The notes under the pieces were generated by a model. That model had not been told where the DNA came from and ran no database searches. It worked only from the letters and a program-made list of their open reading frames with translations. Below, piece by piece: positions 24,001-26,789 of a stretch of 64,000 nucleotides of DNA. Location: assembly GCA_019057795.1 (NCBI GenBank), contig JAHLWS010000074.1, positions 21,725-85,724 of the forward strand. The letters are read 5' to 3'. The translations under genes were made by a program, and so were the position numbers. The DNA is from Promethearchaeota archaeon (GTDB lineage: Archaea; Asgardarchaeota; Lokiarchaeia; Sigyniarchaeales; SOKP01). The stretch's first letter is position 1; each line of letters begins with the position of its first letter.

Positions 24001-26727
24001 TCTACTTTAATCAGCGCTCCCCTCGTGTATTTCGGCTCCTGGGCTATAAAAGGCACGGATAAGATGATGGGCGAGGCATCAGTAAAGTTAATTAAAGCGG
24101 GGGAAATAACTAGAGGACAAGCGATTAAACAAATGCTACTTAAATCATTTGCCGGCATGGCTCTAAGCCCCATTAAAGAAGTATTTGAAGAAATCATTAA
24201 AGACGGGTTTACTGAAGCGTTAGCAGAGAATCTCATCGACATGGCGGGAGGAACGGACGACTTAGGTTTCTGGGTCTCTTCCTTTATTACTTCCAGAAGA
24301 GAAACTACGGGAGCGTTAGGACAATTAGCGCTCGGAGACGCCAGCGTAGCTTTCGGGGACGCCAACCTAAAGACAAAGCTTTCCCTTATTAGCGCGAGGA
24401 TATCGGGGGACGCAAACGCCATCGCAGAGATCACAGCGAGCGTTCAGCAGAACGTAGAGCAAAAGCAGGCAGCTGCGGAGGTAAAACGGCAACAAATGAA
24501 ATCGTGGCAGAAAATGCTAAGTTCCGGATTCTTTAAGGGACTTCTTATGGTGCTTCCCGCGGCTCTTTACGGCTCGTTTAGTTTTGCCGCGTTAAAGGGT
24601 CTTAACAACATGATCGAGTCCACCCAAAGCGCGATACCGAAAGCGTACGCGAAATATAAGTCCGAAGTCCAAGCTTACAGGAAAGGAAAATTGCAGAAGA
24701 TGGTCGGAACGCAAGACGCTTTAATAAACAATTTGCAAGAATATACGAAGAAACCCGCGGAATTAGAAGCTGCCAAACCCGAGATCAACGAGAAATACAA
24801 AGCCACCCAAGATACCGAAAGAGATAACCCTCCTTTAGCGGCATTTCTTTCCAGTCTTAACCCCAATCCAAAGACAGAATCGAAAAAGAGTCTTGCTAAC
24901 AAGTTTTACGAGATTCTTTCCAGCACTTATTTTGAATCTACAGACCAATTTGACGATTCCCAACCTATCGGTGAGGATACTCAAACAAGTAGGATTCAAG
25001 TGGTCGAAAAGAAAGCAGAGACAAGCGATCTCGAAATTTCAATTTCTATCGGTGACGATTTTGAAGGATTATTCCCTGAACTCGACAAGGATGCGATTAA
25101 TTACATTTACTCAAAGTTGTTCGATCCTGAATACGACCAAAACAAGCCTAAAGACGTGTTAGGACAAATAAATTATCGCTGTAGTTTAATTTCAGAAGCA
25201 AGGCAAATCTTAAAATCTACAAAGTATTACGGTTTAGATGTACTTATTGACGAGATAATTAATCCTTACGTTGTAACTATTCTTGAGAACAAGTTTAGTA
25301 AAGGAGAGGAATTTACGAAATTAGAAAGGATAATAATGGATGTTGCAAGCTTTTATATGGGGGGCGCTCAAATTAAACATGATGGAGGGTACGATCTAGA
25401 TACTATAAAAGAATACGAAGAAGAGACGGGTAAGAAAGCGTTTTTGAGCAATAGCCCAACAAAAACTTTTAAAGAATGGTTTAGTGCAAGACAAGTAAGA
25501 GATGAAATCCGGGAGAAGATCGATGGACTTGTAAAGACTGTGGTTAACGATTATATGGAAAGTCTTGATAAGAGCAAACTTAAATTTCGCCAACTACATT
25601 TTCAGGATTATGTAAGCGATCCATCGGATGTAGATAAAATATATAACAACAGAAAAAAGTATTGTTGGACCGGCATAGTCTATCGTATTACGGAATTTAA
25701 AGAAGAGAACGGAAAAATAGTTGAAGGAAGGAAGATATACGGGTTTTCCATGGACAATTTGGAGAGTCGATGGGAGCATTACAAGGAGCAAGCTTTAGAT
25801 CCCAATAGAGATAATCAACCCATACACGATGCTATTTTAGCTATAGCTCAAAAATATGATGAGGGTGAAATTGATAACGATATTGACGATTGGTTTAAAA
25901 GGGAGGTTGTTGAAGTTCATTGGGATGAGAATTCAATGCGTCAAAGAGAGAGGGATTGGATTAAAAAAGATAATACGCAAGACCCCGCTGTAGGATTCAA
26001 CAAACAGCCCGGGGGCGAAGGAGGTCCTAAAATTCATATTCCGATTAGGTTATTAGCTGAGTACATTGCAGAAGGTTTAAAGGTTTCTGAGATTAGCAGC
26101 GAATTGGAAAATCATGGAATATATGTAGCATTAACTACAGTCTATAAAAGAATTAATGAGCGTTATGGAAGTTTTATTGAAGCTAGAAAAAGATTTTTAA
26201 AACCCGTTATAGAACAACTAATTAAAGAAGGATATGAAAAACAAGAAATTGCGGGATGTTTAAAAACTAAATCTAAACATTTTTTCAAAACTTGGATACC
26301 CAAAATGTTCGAAGTCTCTTCTTATACCGCATTGCGAGAACAATATTTACTGGAAATGATATCGGCGATATTAGAGACAGGGATTCAAAGCTTCACTTAT
26401 GAAAAGATACAGTCGTTTTTACCGCAATTTGGAAAACACGAAGTAAAACGCTTGATTATAAATGAGTGGAAAGGGATTATAAAAGCAAATATTCAATTTG
26501 GGAGGGAGATTGCTATTTACTTATTTAGAAGAGGAATGTCGGACGAATATATTTTAAAGGTGCTGGGATTTTCTGAAAGCTATATTTCTAAATCATCAAA
26601 TCGAAAGCGTGCATTTAAAAGGTTATTCAACGGAATGACCGCCGACGAAGCCCGTGAACATTTTACTTCTGAATATAAAAACGTAGAAGATCATTTCAAA
26701 TGGTATTCGGATTTAGATAATTATTAA
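1..26727 (+). CDS. Giant (>=8908 aa, 5'-truncated) surface/secreted multidomain protein with LamG/Ig/jelly-roll modules, hydrophobic helices and a C-terminal GIY-YIG nuclease plus HTH repeats; candidate polymorphic toxin
   Basis: Frame 1 is open from base 1 (NFGTTRTVWNLGG...), so the TTG at 82 is not the true start. Acidic, aromatic-rich and rich in N-x-S/T sequons for most of its length. LamG motifs are present, and the C-terminus has GIVY...IYG...RW...RERDWI...GFN. Confidence 0.9.
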   Translation, partial: NFGTTRTVWNLGGTHTLNPIPYLQQPNLNTFIPIKNSNDIHLNPITIDNLNEDTIKDGVIKLALISYVLPSNGSSFSFDRADPFTPISVSQSIDLVESLFIGESVQLMHPDSSIETSLELDSGTYRADLSGLDIGEIVAVKGIYVDPDSVIQQYPIEYFWITDSNELAFNSPMKHLFSNVSIEYVPQLPLTENYPAEFPGFYYLPNSTIVGSTTFTEPYFVTNVEDDTTFFGTYVHPDIPVGYSLSHNEYGWYVVFDQSVSNPRGAVRFAKINNTYISIFSIKDTLAYKYNILDSASDFAGGTLNLILKAGFNDVFYSELSQVACNDYKVKITFFKRDINGIETNIGTVYKLLDSSQLGFHSYNLEISLSEITEGIGLLVDVISRDSESELYVTVESIISNSRVDGNLFKGFFAQEIVEASLIIDTPDSELLFDDMKVETPYIEIPQLSIPLTKIAKATYQFDLSSLKYNFDFDITEIRAEGVPLSQQDYEFDLSQNIVVLKGDYREYSGLLFADLSYKAFEWNDGFVSTLEPISFNFATNYTDKIAKYLVFDINFDSAGIPGYQLEKVDTASGRVVMAEESKDATSLLLYLYNFIEDKWEFIDFVVYDTYLGSFTYVADRLFTTFEDYFNSTGTSEFEVKLMLAVDETVGDCFSSSVGFIIDQISANIYFKSPNVEHSVRPEVVFDVDLTKYFTDSNIYVDEVQLKLDYISKIDSSFAFSEHALIEENYNFYVLNKFLEFEEVELIDRSIILSRNALNDLLLYDSNNEKYFVQIKIEYDWNCILEMNIEFDSRLEIKSSLQLLDYALTVSYTEYEITRISAQETRSPYELTAIYAPGYVQNATGFVILETDNIVDIGTLAGFLRNADSRQRLMLRQQLYYQFSESTDGPIALLLDQTYTDINLRFVSPLGELTRPQDFICDNTYFQFIVDHEVVSVELLFFNGTDYEQVGFFEQSFLSQILYEYGWNNISGATEKNTGDFVQIKIILTDIFNNKNEIIYEFLADFDSPSPTISIANGVQSFETAPANPLTGISFESGEDMAIARWEFKDGSGTIATDTYGTNHGTLYNMEDADWQEGILEFNGTDEYIQVANDNYLQFGYSDSFSIMAWIKTDSDGTIIRSEGSVSGAYGLAVQSGKVNFLIEDQDYNLLSFTGKTLVNDNEWHQIIGIRDTSTNNLIICVDGNYDYSITDTTVSSLDTGQDIFIGTTKIGTQFYDNFSGSIDDICIFNYAISSDVVSNLFFFQIESDKMENAWFRFDEGIGNIAHDKLGIDAYIYGEQNWIGGSSARWGDYAVDFNPQEYVPQQGLDEDFDVIEGSSDWQGDLSQQNGDYIKFTSSGDQFIGDQELWDEGFSQSESHLQNSFLPDAYSSFQSWNPLYMTNGFPTTSVVNDWIDWSLINNNQAYTSSSWNGLGNFNSHLNYGTYTDVPAQDLVPSGDFDMINYENSDWAGDLTTNDDYTNFTSIPDGFDYDHANHEPYYENLWNATTSEEAGHYPGTYSFRGENGKTDLDIDFVDSLNTGGSVEIVSEYQNHKSVLHLTETITYRGFYHFFDSNQISGTMEWWSLAPQNDDYCIVNIMEGGSLRMRIAFDDDGGSANIEYNDGAWHNIMAYSINTWYHFKIEFDCSTDTWDIYINGVLKINDASFSGDASYIDRIDYDNELDAESYYDAFGFSWDSNYTLGDNWHYDYHQGSQTFENYNTSSYGDYYGTYSFTDDTAGGNPTGWGISETGGTVNVVAEKDNHKKVLELYDDDAENRVSALNSFTIQTDATIEFWWAHEASLSYHHYLHLRIREGGTERVRILFSYQAVGQIVSHDGSAYVSIVTGLSSNTFYHIKLVLDDSANTFKCYVDGVDKGTFDYFSNSIVGIDSIYMLTRGGNSGGAFTHWFDAFGYSGDNYEIGDNINPYGILPELKNDGWNIDAGAGSSVRITGEDTSHKKNLELLLPVDSYAGLYNDFDSGQTSGTVEFWFKTTDYWDPNQMHVEDGSSADSLYFWVDEGQFRYTDDSGTHNIVACANNVWHHVKLSFNLTTGSPTTNWWACWINDVYYGSYVDGFNGDPSAMDRTMFKSDGHVTPHWMYIDAVGYSWDPNYEIGDNYLFNIHYKNHIYAPGGTNAAWTMDPLYMQSGFPDKTVNEGFSGWTPNSDSDYTTVSWDGNGNFDNAVKKRNVASVTHDASWGSGAMSNFYTDNDQYYNIYRSTYNNLDSGSYRLVSDNGNTLTDVIPSDQGNYQEQRDDTGWSQYTDDSKVRRFRYTRQTTLPGWTLEVYDEYSVSASVSNPPSGKSWVAQDLSIEFREATWKIYGGSGSWIYHQAYHDTSGWVTLGSRQLSTSDSYTSYSYNKNPNDYMDESKNVRMRVKIVVPCANYGVFVERAKFQYDIDLCGVLVHWKANEVDPRINFESGLFNGAREFRLFFQGITSQGIADLYVLEGEYWVKRISDIGSASWKTVSNVLIYNVNDIMLELGNAGDVQTLTIDYLYLYCEDTGSIHQAQLGKTITDPFLNQYDSYGNYQKKYDVTVSFEYKFAKAVNDLSYYSAWVDIPGTTDSLPATGVWTTKEYTFEFDSTSTSGFDIVFRTKNGYLDLQNMNYNFKFKCLDTSGHIRLFQSIEADYPYQDTLSQFVKDNGHFYLDFTYNFVTSDDDLTYYNSYDRTYKLEVIATIKADGAWQTAIPLNQTSTPTSGTYRFDVRGYMDSQGWSTFEDIKLEFVVSGDPSSLTVSDVSLFDYRAWRPAELEFTIDANMPDLTADDSLDRVELFYRYDTDPIIDTFGLYVYNYITSEWDLINGEQPTSGFFESSFNLTSDHYDASHNMQFKINGTYGVVFEFGKQFDFLLDKFYVEYDWTRTSGEIYADLINTIYDPLLNRYDSFDDYKKLYNISINFDYQFNTQDANYGDFAKFYVETTEGSFEIFDLTKDGQVNNLQCSFEFNSTSRADFDVKFRISNGDLDLNNFQIEVTFKCFKDDVSGDRLLEQIFEADYEGSLTQEEKEIANFYCDIYYNFTTVDDGLSYVNSYGGNDKLEIIYGVKADGQWFSQVYSTSISESKDPLTFNVRDFMDQQGVFVFEDFNATFVLSGDQSALNVSQLRFYDHEIDPAVVHFTVETPVNINAPAEGIELHYALRTNITQQDRFNLKVKIWNYATSQWDLISYLYGTDIPDSFEKFIFVLDSCYCNPDNNIVNLSLYAENYVDLFEIHLDLLKTVVVDYVEAPILIDTGLTPFTFASWIRLDSLTDTVSLYGEYNDLTSDARNHIYVNADGSIYFAQSLSSAATSNAGLMTTGTWIHVVVIKSGDEIRFYKNGELFGTPVIYNEDYSGPTPTKTGIGSRFADSTWYNDPLDGSIDDLRLFNQSLTLTEIKWIFGFGQGRYKSLDRLSGTEFQFVPLEEYRIIDLTTGITSEWITFHTPQIKKLDDLGDLPANFSIEYRVFDFAGNVAYNTTYNNGFKNILFSREIEIPISWTGTEENKLDLNVVGQERELFIEKNPQFGDVSSLDVYINGFRYGTATLNGDNYRLSFGSDNTKNTLIAYSDSLMSNNIYSNINPLNHISWEVREDDSFTVVKHVLVDSDIVIINPLSYNASNALDLNHLYDREFGLPNFVRMKQAYYYDYNITTDESELRYLDYGFDYGIDSDGQVIFPELSVVHELYNNLTTVKDECVYFEYSASEFSNQLSLNNADGFFINFTMPALYYGHTTIDTLVVSFNDFLGNSFAKKFFDLDLREYFLDNVKDDYAEDVFGLGKMMVIPLYINLRELAFSNPNNPFDLTLLESISFTISDSERWPGSFALDFEDQQYEVTNLPYQRAGIKDLKLFNLISDSIEPDENGFVTSEIIFRTPDYYNFFGKSELKIKRMNIDITDVKLFDNGQEINSYREVEYSDFIEAYMMHDNSFAQIPLGDLITLPVSLVNDTSLEPLAFGAMYYITKYDKNAPTGYFHKYYYSKFEVPKKLGVFDLFFNSQGTPLHNITIGNNDIKFTLNVTQEELSNYSPIYLENYVDELEYGHSLILKGAVLDNDQYIEEDKEVHKYEYIEALDGETVHYLNLVSPFGDPNFIDREEFAIYYINDNLEIIPLYTNLSGDYFKQSDILDKNPVISYIDNRFALNIYWNEDSDSFIDYDTNILISYKVLKGRPISPMSYSSFDSYGNNKRQNLIEIPFARYDMITRSWITEEDFIEQFPISKMLLIKEVTSIDITIEGPEFNEASVFRTGIIALEGVYVNKSYSNSFKLENSTKYSCTIDQDGKLVISGLNYTEGDVFKVAYYAYDPVKVIHSLNRPNSTIDYIKITNGTGFEYEFILNQDYKLSVDGYQIFFLDLCNTILKSGNFSIYDTFEIKYHAPLSRKLDLSQNLLLMLQDSSGNEIPIDSVPIDNLGFFEYEQQLRIDSPLSIPLGGGRTLVHMLLSYLPLNVFNKSSGQLFNITYEDQDVGKIYGIKESNKWVKYFTITTIPEKVKLTMVEDPTQNMIINQKFYEEREYLFNYNPLEALEKDEGYTKVMIDALAREDYEFTYKLTDFEDKPINNSIVWLHIGFMPKSETKFLNERTRINYDDSPIYFESLGTEEVTFRGPGEGANKMFGRPLTYETDNSITNLTAYGPYAWIYGVTDEFGEVTFDISFDNEYIRDFINIFGSIEGINSIDDMVLYTRAFNTYFDWDEFAIDTPNQYICSENGQIYDGSNRIENYDFTDLVLQDSAYAEGIIRLHRHDIALGLNDYLVYNLPDSDINAQYDPITLHLYLTEATPIPTGATPTIESLTKVYSSSELEPTSYNILEDDYFYYASIEFYTPSGHLVKTLYKEIKVNESYDSGTITIGNETVKEILDMLGPGISAMRVYVFETEYYKSSPLIGIPIEVRPPNWIKFGEKNTQIDLIDPFVSAWGTAYNNEEEMPFESIYPVLMGAIWVDPDFNGPTDEEERSIQDYIGINLDCTIYNEDGTTSTFPLRDNIMLRPGNNDGVMTFNAPLGPEEHFLMGLQCDLNLSFNIDFNKDQIYEDQRDVEIFLLDLRLEANPSTKDPITTWSIYDDGFSSGEITVLTSSESISPPESGVKYLGGTENGQIFGQEISFLYYNDSLDYGIESDSELLSLLALTEITALKVVGIKDGSEYEFVQGTDWTMPYYPSGILYNDSIIRFSGTNIPDEGTEFSIVYKLKFDFESKSFGKITLGYTNNYNESSIELQLPDGFLPDSDEAVAPMFTRFSDNFTGDGTQTQFIMSYGLSGVSQWDGNFVIYNEEELISQFGAFDEGVSSGHPTITFTVKPPPAQSKINVTYGVKSQYDLSYGFQKINKSYSDSIRLMSNDDTSPQIIDEADSGLSTRVLDNSSLYISLDNSEEKTTLKLLQVPLLFAPELNLTFTFDQIVLDYIESFDNDFNNLTIEFKYITKDGYYEFYSDPKIIPLNYSEISPDIIGNSYSILYNKDLQPIYDMVGTDSIDIEITLYQAGNSVNYAPYIILEEFEYLSDTHIVEMYDRMPRDYYGNMDIDAVINTPHYFQVFSKPLVDCEWGDSPFNLIDGSEVTVGLKGLPNSSLVSLDYDGETYGIDYWGSEKTLPVNLENFFMIPNLGMYTDTYNIEETSYQDGYLDLYYGSGTEIDGEKLYTSTIYMDYESSPVADYRSSILDNTPTSWATTFDFADKFLTTYEMEVEGRVFYHQVFDLDTDINTTSEMNDIFPDYNTNIYFGLQLPSDLDIDEIREIGLPYSYALSIQGFPVGDYKDEYCFALPTDSGDFNPTTDPYLLESDTEYALEFDEYGAPYILFFKPVGDLSTYTDAQNKIMIDYWANHEFIDNRDYYIHENPIDTFISQIEWDYSYVDTDNFNLHPDFTYDTSFTVNYYALEWEIFNEDYIKDGDDIFTFQQREFYNISVLYTGDTSTDEFSVQYIVPEGQYLEDHIIFPTIYALAQIDDDEETMRVIEIYNSLLQNYISQNAPDSYNYTVDFAEIETYINTYFPSYQLVENSFMYITTEYNSTLLRYPMGHTPFNYDYLGPDHYAYHIALYINGEFIAYSNETLFNDYVLKVEDNYIYFNNKSRGQAGYIDPDSEIQLTYKFKLQPGLLDRKHFMIITYPWTNVFETVFDPVLGDEQLTYREKYRKLSGGSIITPFEYSLSINTKYTLYLSYRLNQREYYEERFEIKSEYYDSAEGGYVYKFISQELDNYIDVLEDEKGDSVNVFYFDAQGKMIFLDASHYKVTIGSRQIVIKNDGNELVASHGEFYVSFISDYNDKELLNYRFSYDPATDITATLDVNYWDVIDAEGIGVIPNLDAPYFMNEGETTLQNVVCQASQIAAYLSEGTKLEFNLEAELQGYDQQLLDGIRDGNYSALYIDTNIKNIDSLDNLTIELYDSSGIMSEFSQNMTRDELIMYDYNIKINLPTDTNTLKKIRLVPFFRSDNEYNADNTIGISRIQAMVWDNELVSFMEDDQEYMHVNLEHDLKTDISGYKLAYIYNDKLQYLAYPDGVSITYTKDMDIYTLHIPSVYLNPDTNETTRFLEGQEIVLRYNSPVKKGIAVGIGKLYFENKGYNYDSHPDIPKAELLLVNANSSDTNTYAYSEFINDYYYQAPIQITPFDTEYNGKYKAIKIDLNISALLEAEGRFELDLSHIVFSVPNPSYELTISEVLILEESYKPNLQYGSMDERVWQYTEVEMFTASANPEEDSYQLALENAPLFYPDTEWLDYLNIFDEDGNYYTAGITGDDHQLHFEPSTNTFTWNPSFNQYPEYFGMEFEEPLSIEPNKTLYFGYVTNTSWAEPILIEAENIDLDSIRVIYDYNYLLKPEFYDWYATLNLSAQHSYENIAYSFKEESEYKVVQYYYEEFTVYSDASQYTHTFDIGGLSFENDFVNLSVFKVVGLTPTLETEILTNNDNFSIKFNANTKELNITDLNLENGLLNVFDQITAILNYSYGPISSFSEIYLSPEFNITYLTDPEETFFSNVDIDYNYRSKSGTALFGEGSATINSDDTSFVPIDFCRNPDMSTDYQLNGYGSELFDNFEIYQDESSIIYVADIDMDGEPDYKHTIDVDKDGKIDVIRYGLDDPQGSGEIYWHTVIQDFESREIKVKRELEEEKRTEWFDIDDRAFAYYDFNVLKLLSIVLGLPLLSYHIAKMMLPDVDYWAQKSIQQLVQKQEYVKSSFYSVTIDNDRDGYTDSQINYEKTDVNIYYDISEYKKTIIAAKHQDIVTYLGEYIAKSISSLFTGSRDDPIFNDQLTEAHLDSSDFGSCNLYTQMNAAVLNATYRKFSEYTLSSYIDTLERSTLTVIGWNEGEIEEQRIYTDDFENGEIENADDFFSSLSAEHSVTDIDTGQEVTVDFDSEFPYTHPANISWDCETWGPDNVPIKYDSLQVIGEDYYYATNKFEKEIIIRIPNRFSLYNDFGKVSKFSVEDGGWVEFKVKGMLITPPDGQVYYTSDVDSFVSDSAKVSGFYFYVDSDLNGFFETVYILNDYYTLDASGTPVYTVMSIGMNYDGIHDFAPYERLYDRELVVSNFETLTQESVMFGSDWIYNFRHLKDEDLLKETESKLEENNLKPKDQIFEIYKLVQMSEQNSEFSELFYEIRHKTYSTAWEQYKEQLIGDIAEQVFMSVTASLLSATVEAILTGATFGFGWPAAKAAATLTYMGVYTLMTKFYVDIDLAKAEAEKRSQSFYSVSSETREPTSLNEKNALDRVLGDSMAAALIGHPGGYYTEVSGGEPGNMYTGQLLVSPPNLLRMLYSFEGFLDLLWENLWSMGESDPDVYAALDFDDINLDYFLLTSELPSYNQNPYYTYENADGIFDLYNMYALNTLGYLETQVSQASNGQYDAIRATCIDGRPQYEFINSTLYQAVRPQSVLYRPIVLSQERYDQLQPAPGSLVVKARCKDYSNTIGIDAYAMGDVEREVYAAKVPLNDNGFEYPIRHISIDVVKYNIYTGFSYFVKGLIVNESDYSIDLGNLYFAKSIEAIVSEKHSGFEDFLSYALAHEIIESKIYFNIHIVFDVFIPDTTEETSRLALAQATSHTIMDYFNQYVFAEVSANSISEIAYTETMTFWSTLISAPLVYFGSWAIKGTDKMMGEASVKLIKAGEITRGQAIKQMLLKSFAGMALSPIKEVFEEIIKDGFTEALAENLIDMAGGTDDLGFWVSSFITSRRETTGALGQLALGDASVAFGDANLKTKLSLISARISGDANAIAEITASVQQNVEQKQAAAEVKRQQMKSWQKMLSSGFFKGLLMVLPAALYGSFSFAALKGLNNMIESTQSAIPKAYAKYKSEVQAYRKGKLQKMVGTQDALINNLQEYTKKPAELEAAKPEINEKYKATQDTERDNPPLAAFLSSLNPNPKTESKKSLANKFYEILSSTYFESTDQFDDSQPIGEDTQTSRIQVVEKKAETSDLEISISIGDDFEGLFPELDKDAINYIYSKLFDPEYDQNKPKDVLGQINYRCSLISEARQILKSTKYYGLDVLIDEIINPYVVTILENKFSKGEEFTKLERIIMDVASFYMGGAQIKHDGGYDLDTIKEYEEETGKKAFLSNSPTKTFKEWFSARQVRDEIREKIDGLVKTVVNDYMESLDKSKLKFRQLHFQDYVSDPSDVDKIYNNRKKYCWTGIVYRITEFKEENGKIVEGRKIYGFSMDNLESRWEHYKEQALDPNRDNQPIHDAILAIAQKYDEGEIDNDIDDWFKREVVEVHWDENSMRQRERDWIKKDNTQDPAVGFNKQPGGEGGPKIHIPIRLLAEYIAEGLKVSEISSELENHGIYVALTTVYKRINERYGSFIEARKRFLKPVIEQLIKEGYEKQEIAGCLKTKSKHFFKTWIPKMFEVSSYTALREQYLLEMISAILETGIQSFTYEKIQSFLPQFGKHEVKRLIINEWKGIIKANIQFGREIAIYLFRRGMSDEYILKVLGFSESYISKSSNRKRAFKRLFNGMTADEAREHFTSEYKNVEDHFKWYSDLDNY
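3121..3723 (+). other. Intact LamG/concanavalin A-like domain in the giant protein
   Basis: ARWEFKDGSGTIATD...LEFNGTDEYI...FSIMAWIK...NDNEWHQI...FSGSIDDICIFNYAIS. Confidence 0.9.
4480..6288 (+). repeat. Three ~190-aa lectin-like beta-sandwich protein repeats
   Basis: Shared motifs YxGTYSF, HK(S/K)xLxL, SGT(M/V)E(W/F)W, W(Y/H)H(F/I/V)K, DA(F/V)G(F/Y)S(WD)xNYxxGDN. Confidence 0.85.
7450..9600 (+). repeat. Tandem duplication of a ~360-aa block (7450-8526 and 8530-9600)
   Basis: TITDPFLNQYDSY/TIYDPLLNRYDSF; FKC..RL..IEADY; KADGAW/KADGQW; VVSGDPSSL/VLSGDQSAL; YNYITSEWDLI/WNYATSQWDLI. Confidence 0.9.
25666..26025 (+). other. GIY-YIG endonuclease-like domain near the C-terminus of the giant protein
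   Basis: WTGIVYRIT...KIYGFS...LESRWEHY...RQRERDWIKK...GFNKQPGG follows the GIY / YIG / Arg / Glu / Asn order of I-TevI-type catalytic domains. Confidence 0.8.
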
Positions 26728-26789
26728 TACTCCTTTTTTTTATATAAGAATAAGAAATTCTTTTTTATTGGTGATAAAAAATTCATATT

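Noticed and set aside
20900-25600. Rhs/YD shell, HINT/intein or other autoprotease before the C-terminal tip
   Set aside because: No YD repeats, DPxG motif or C...HN intein motifs are visible, so the release mechanism stays unknown.
1840-25791. Many short ORFs antisense to, or out of frame within, the giant gene (e.g. 23976-24434, 16634-16978)
   Set aside because: Shadow ORFs with no recognisable motifs, fully overlapping a convincing CDS.
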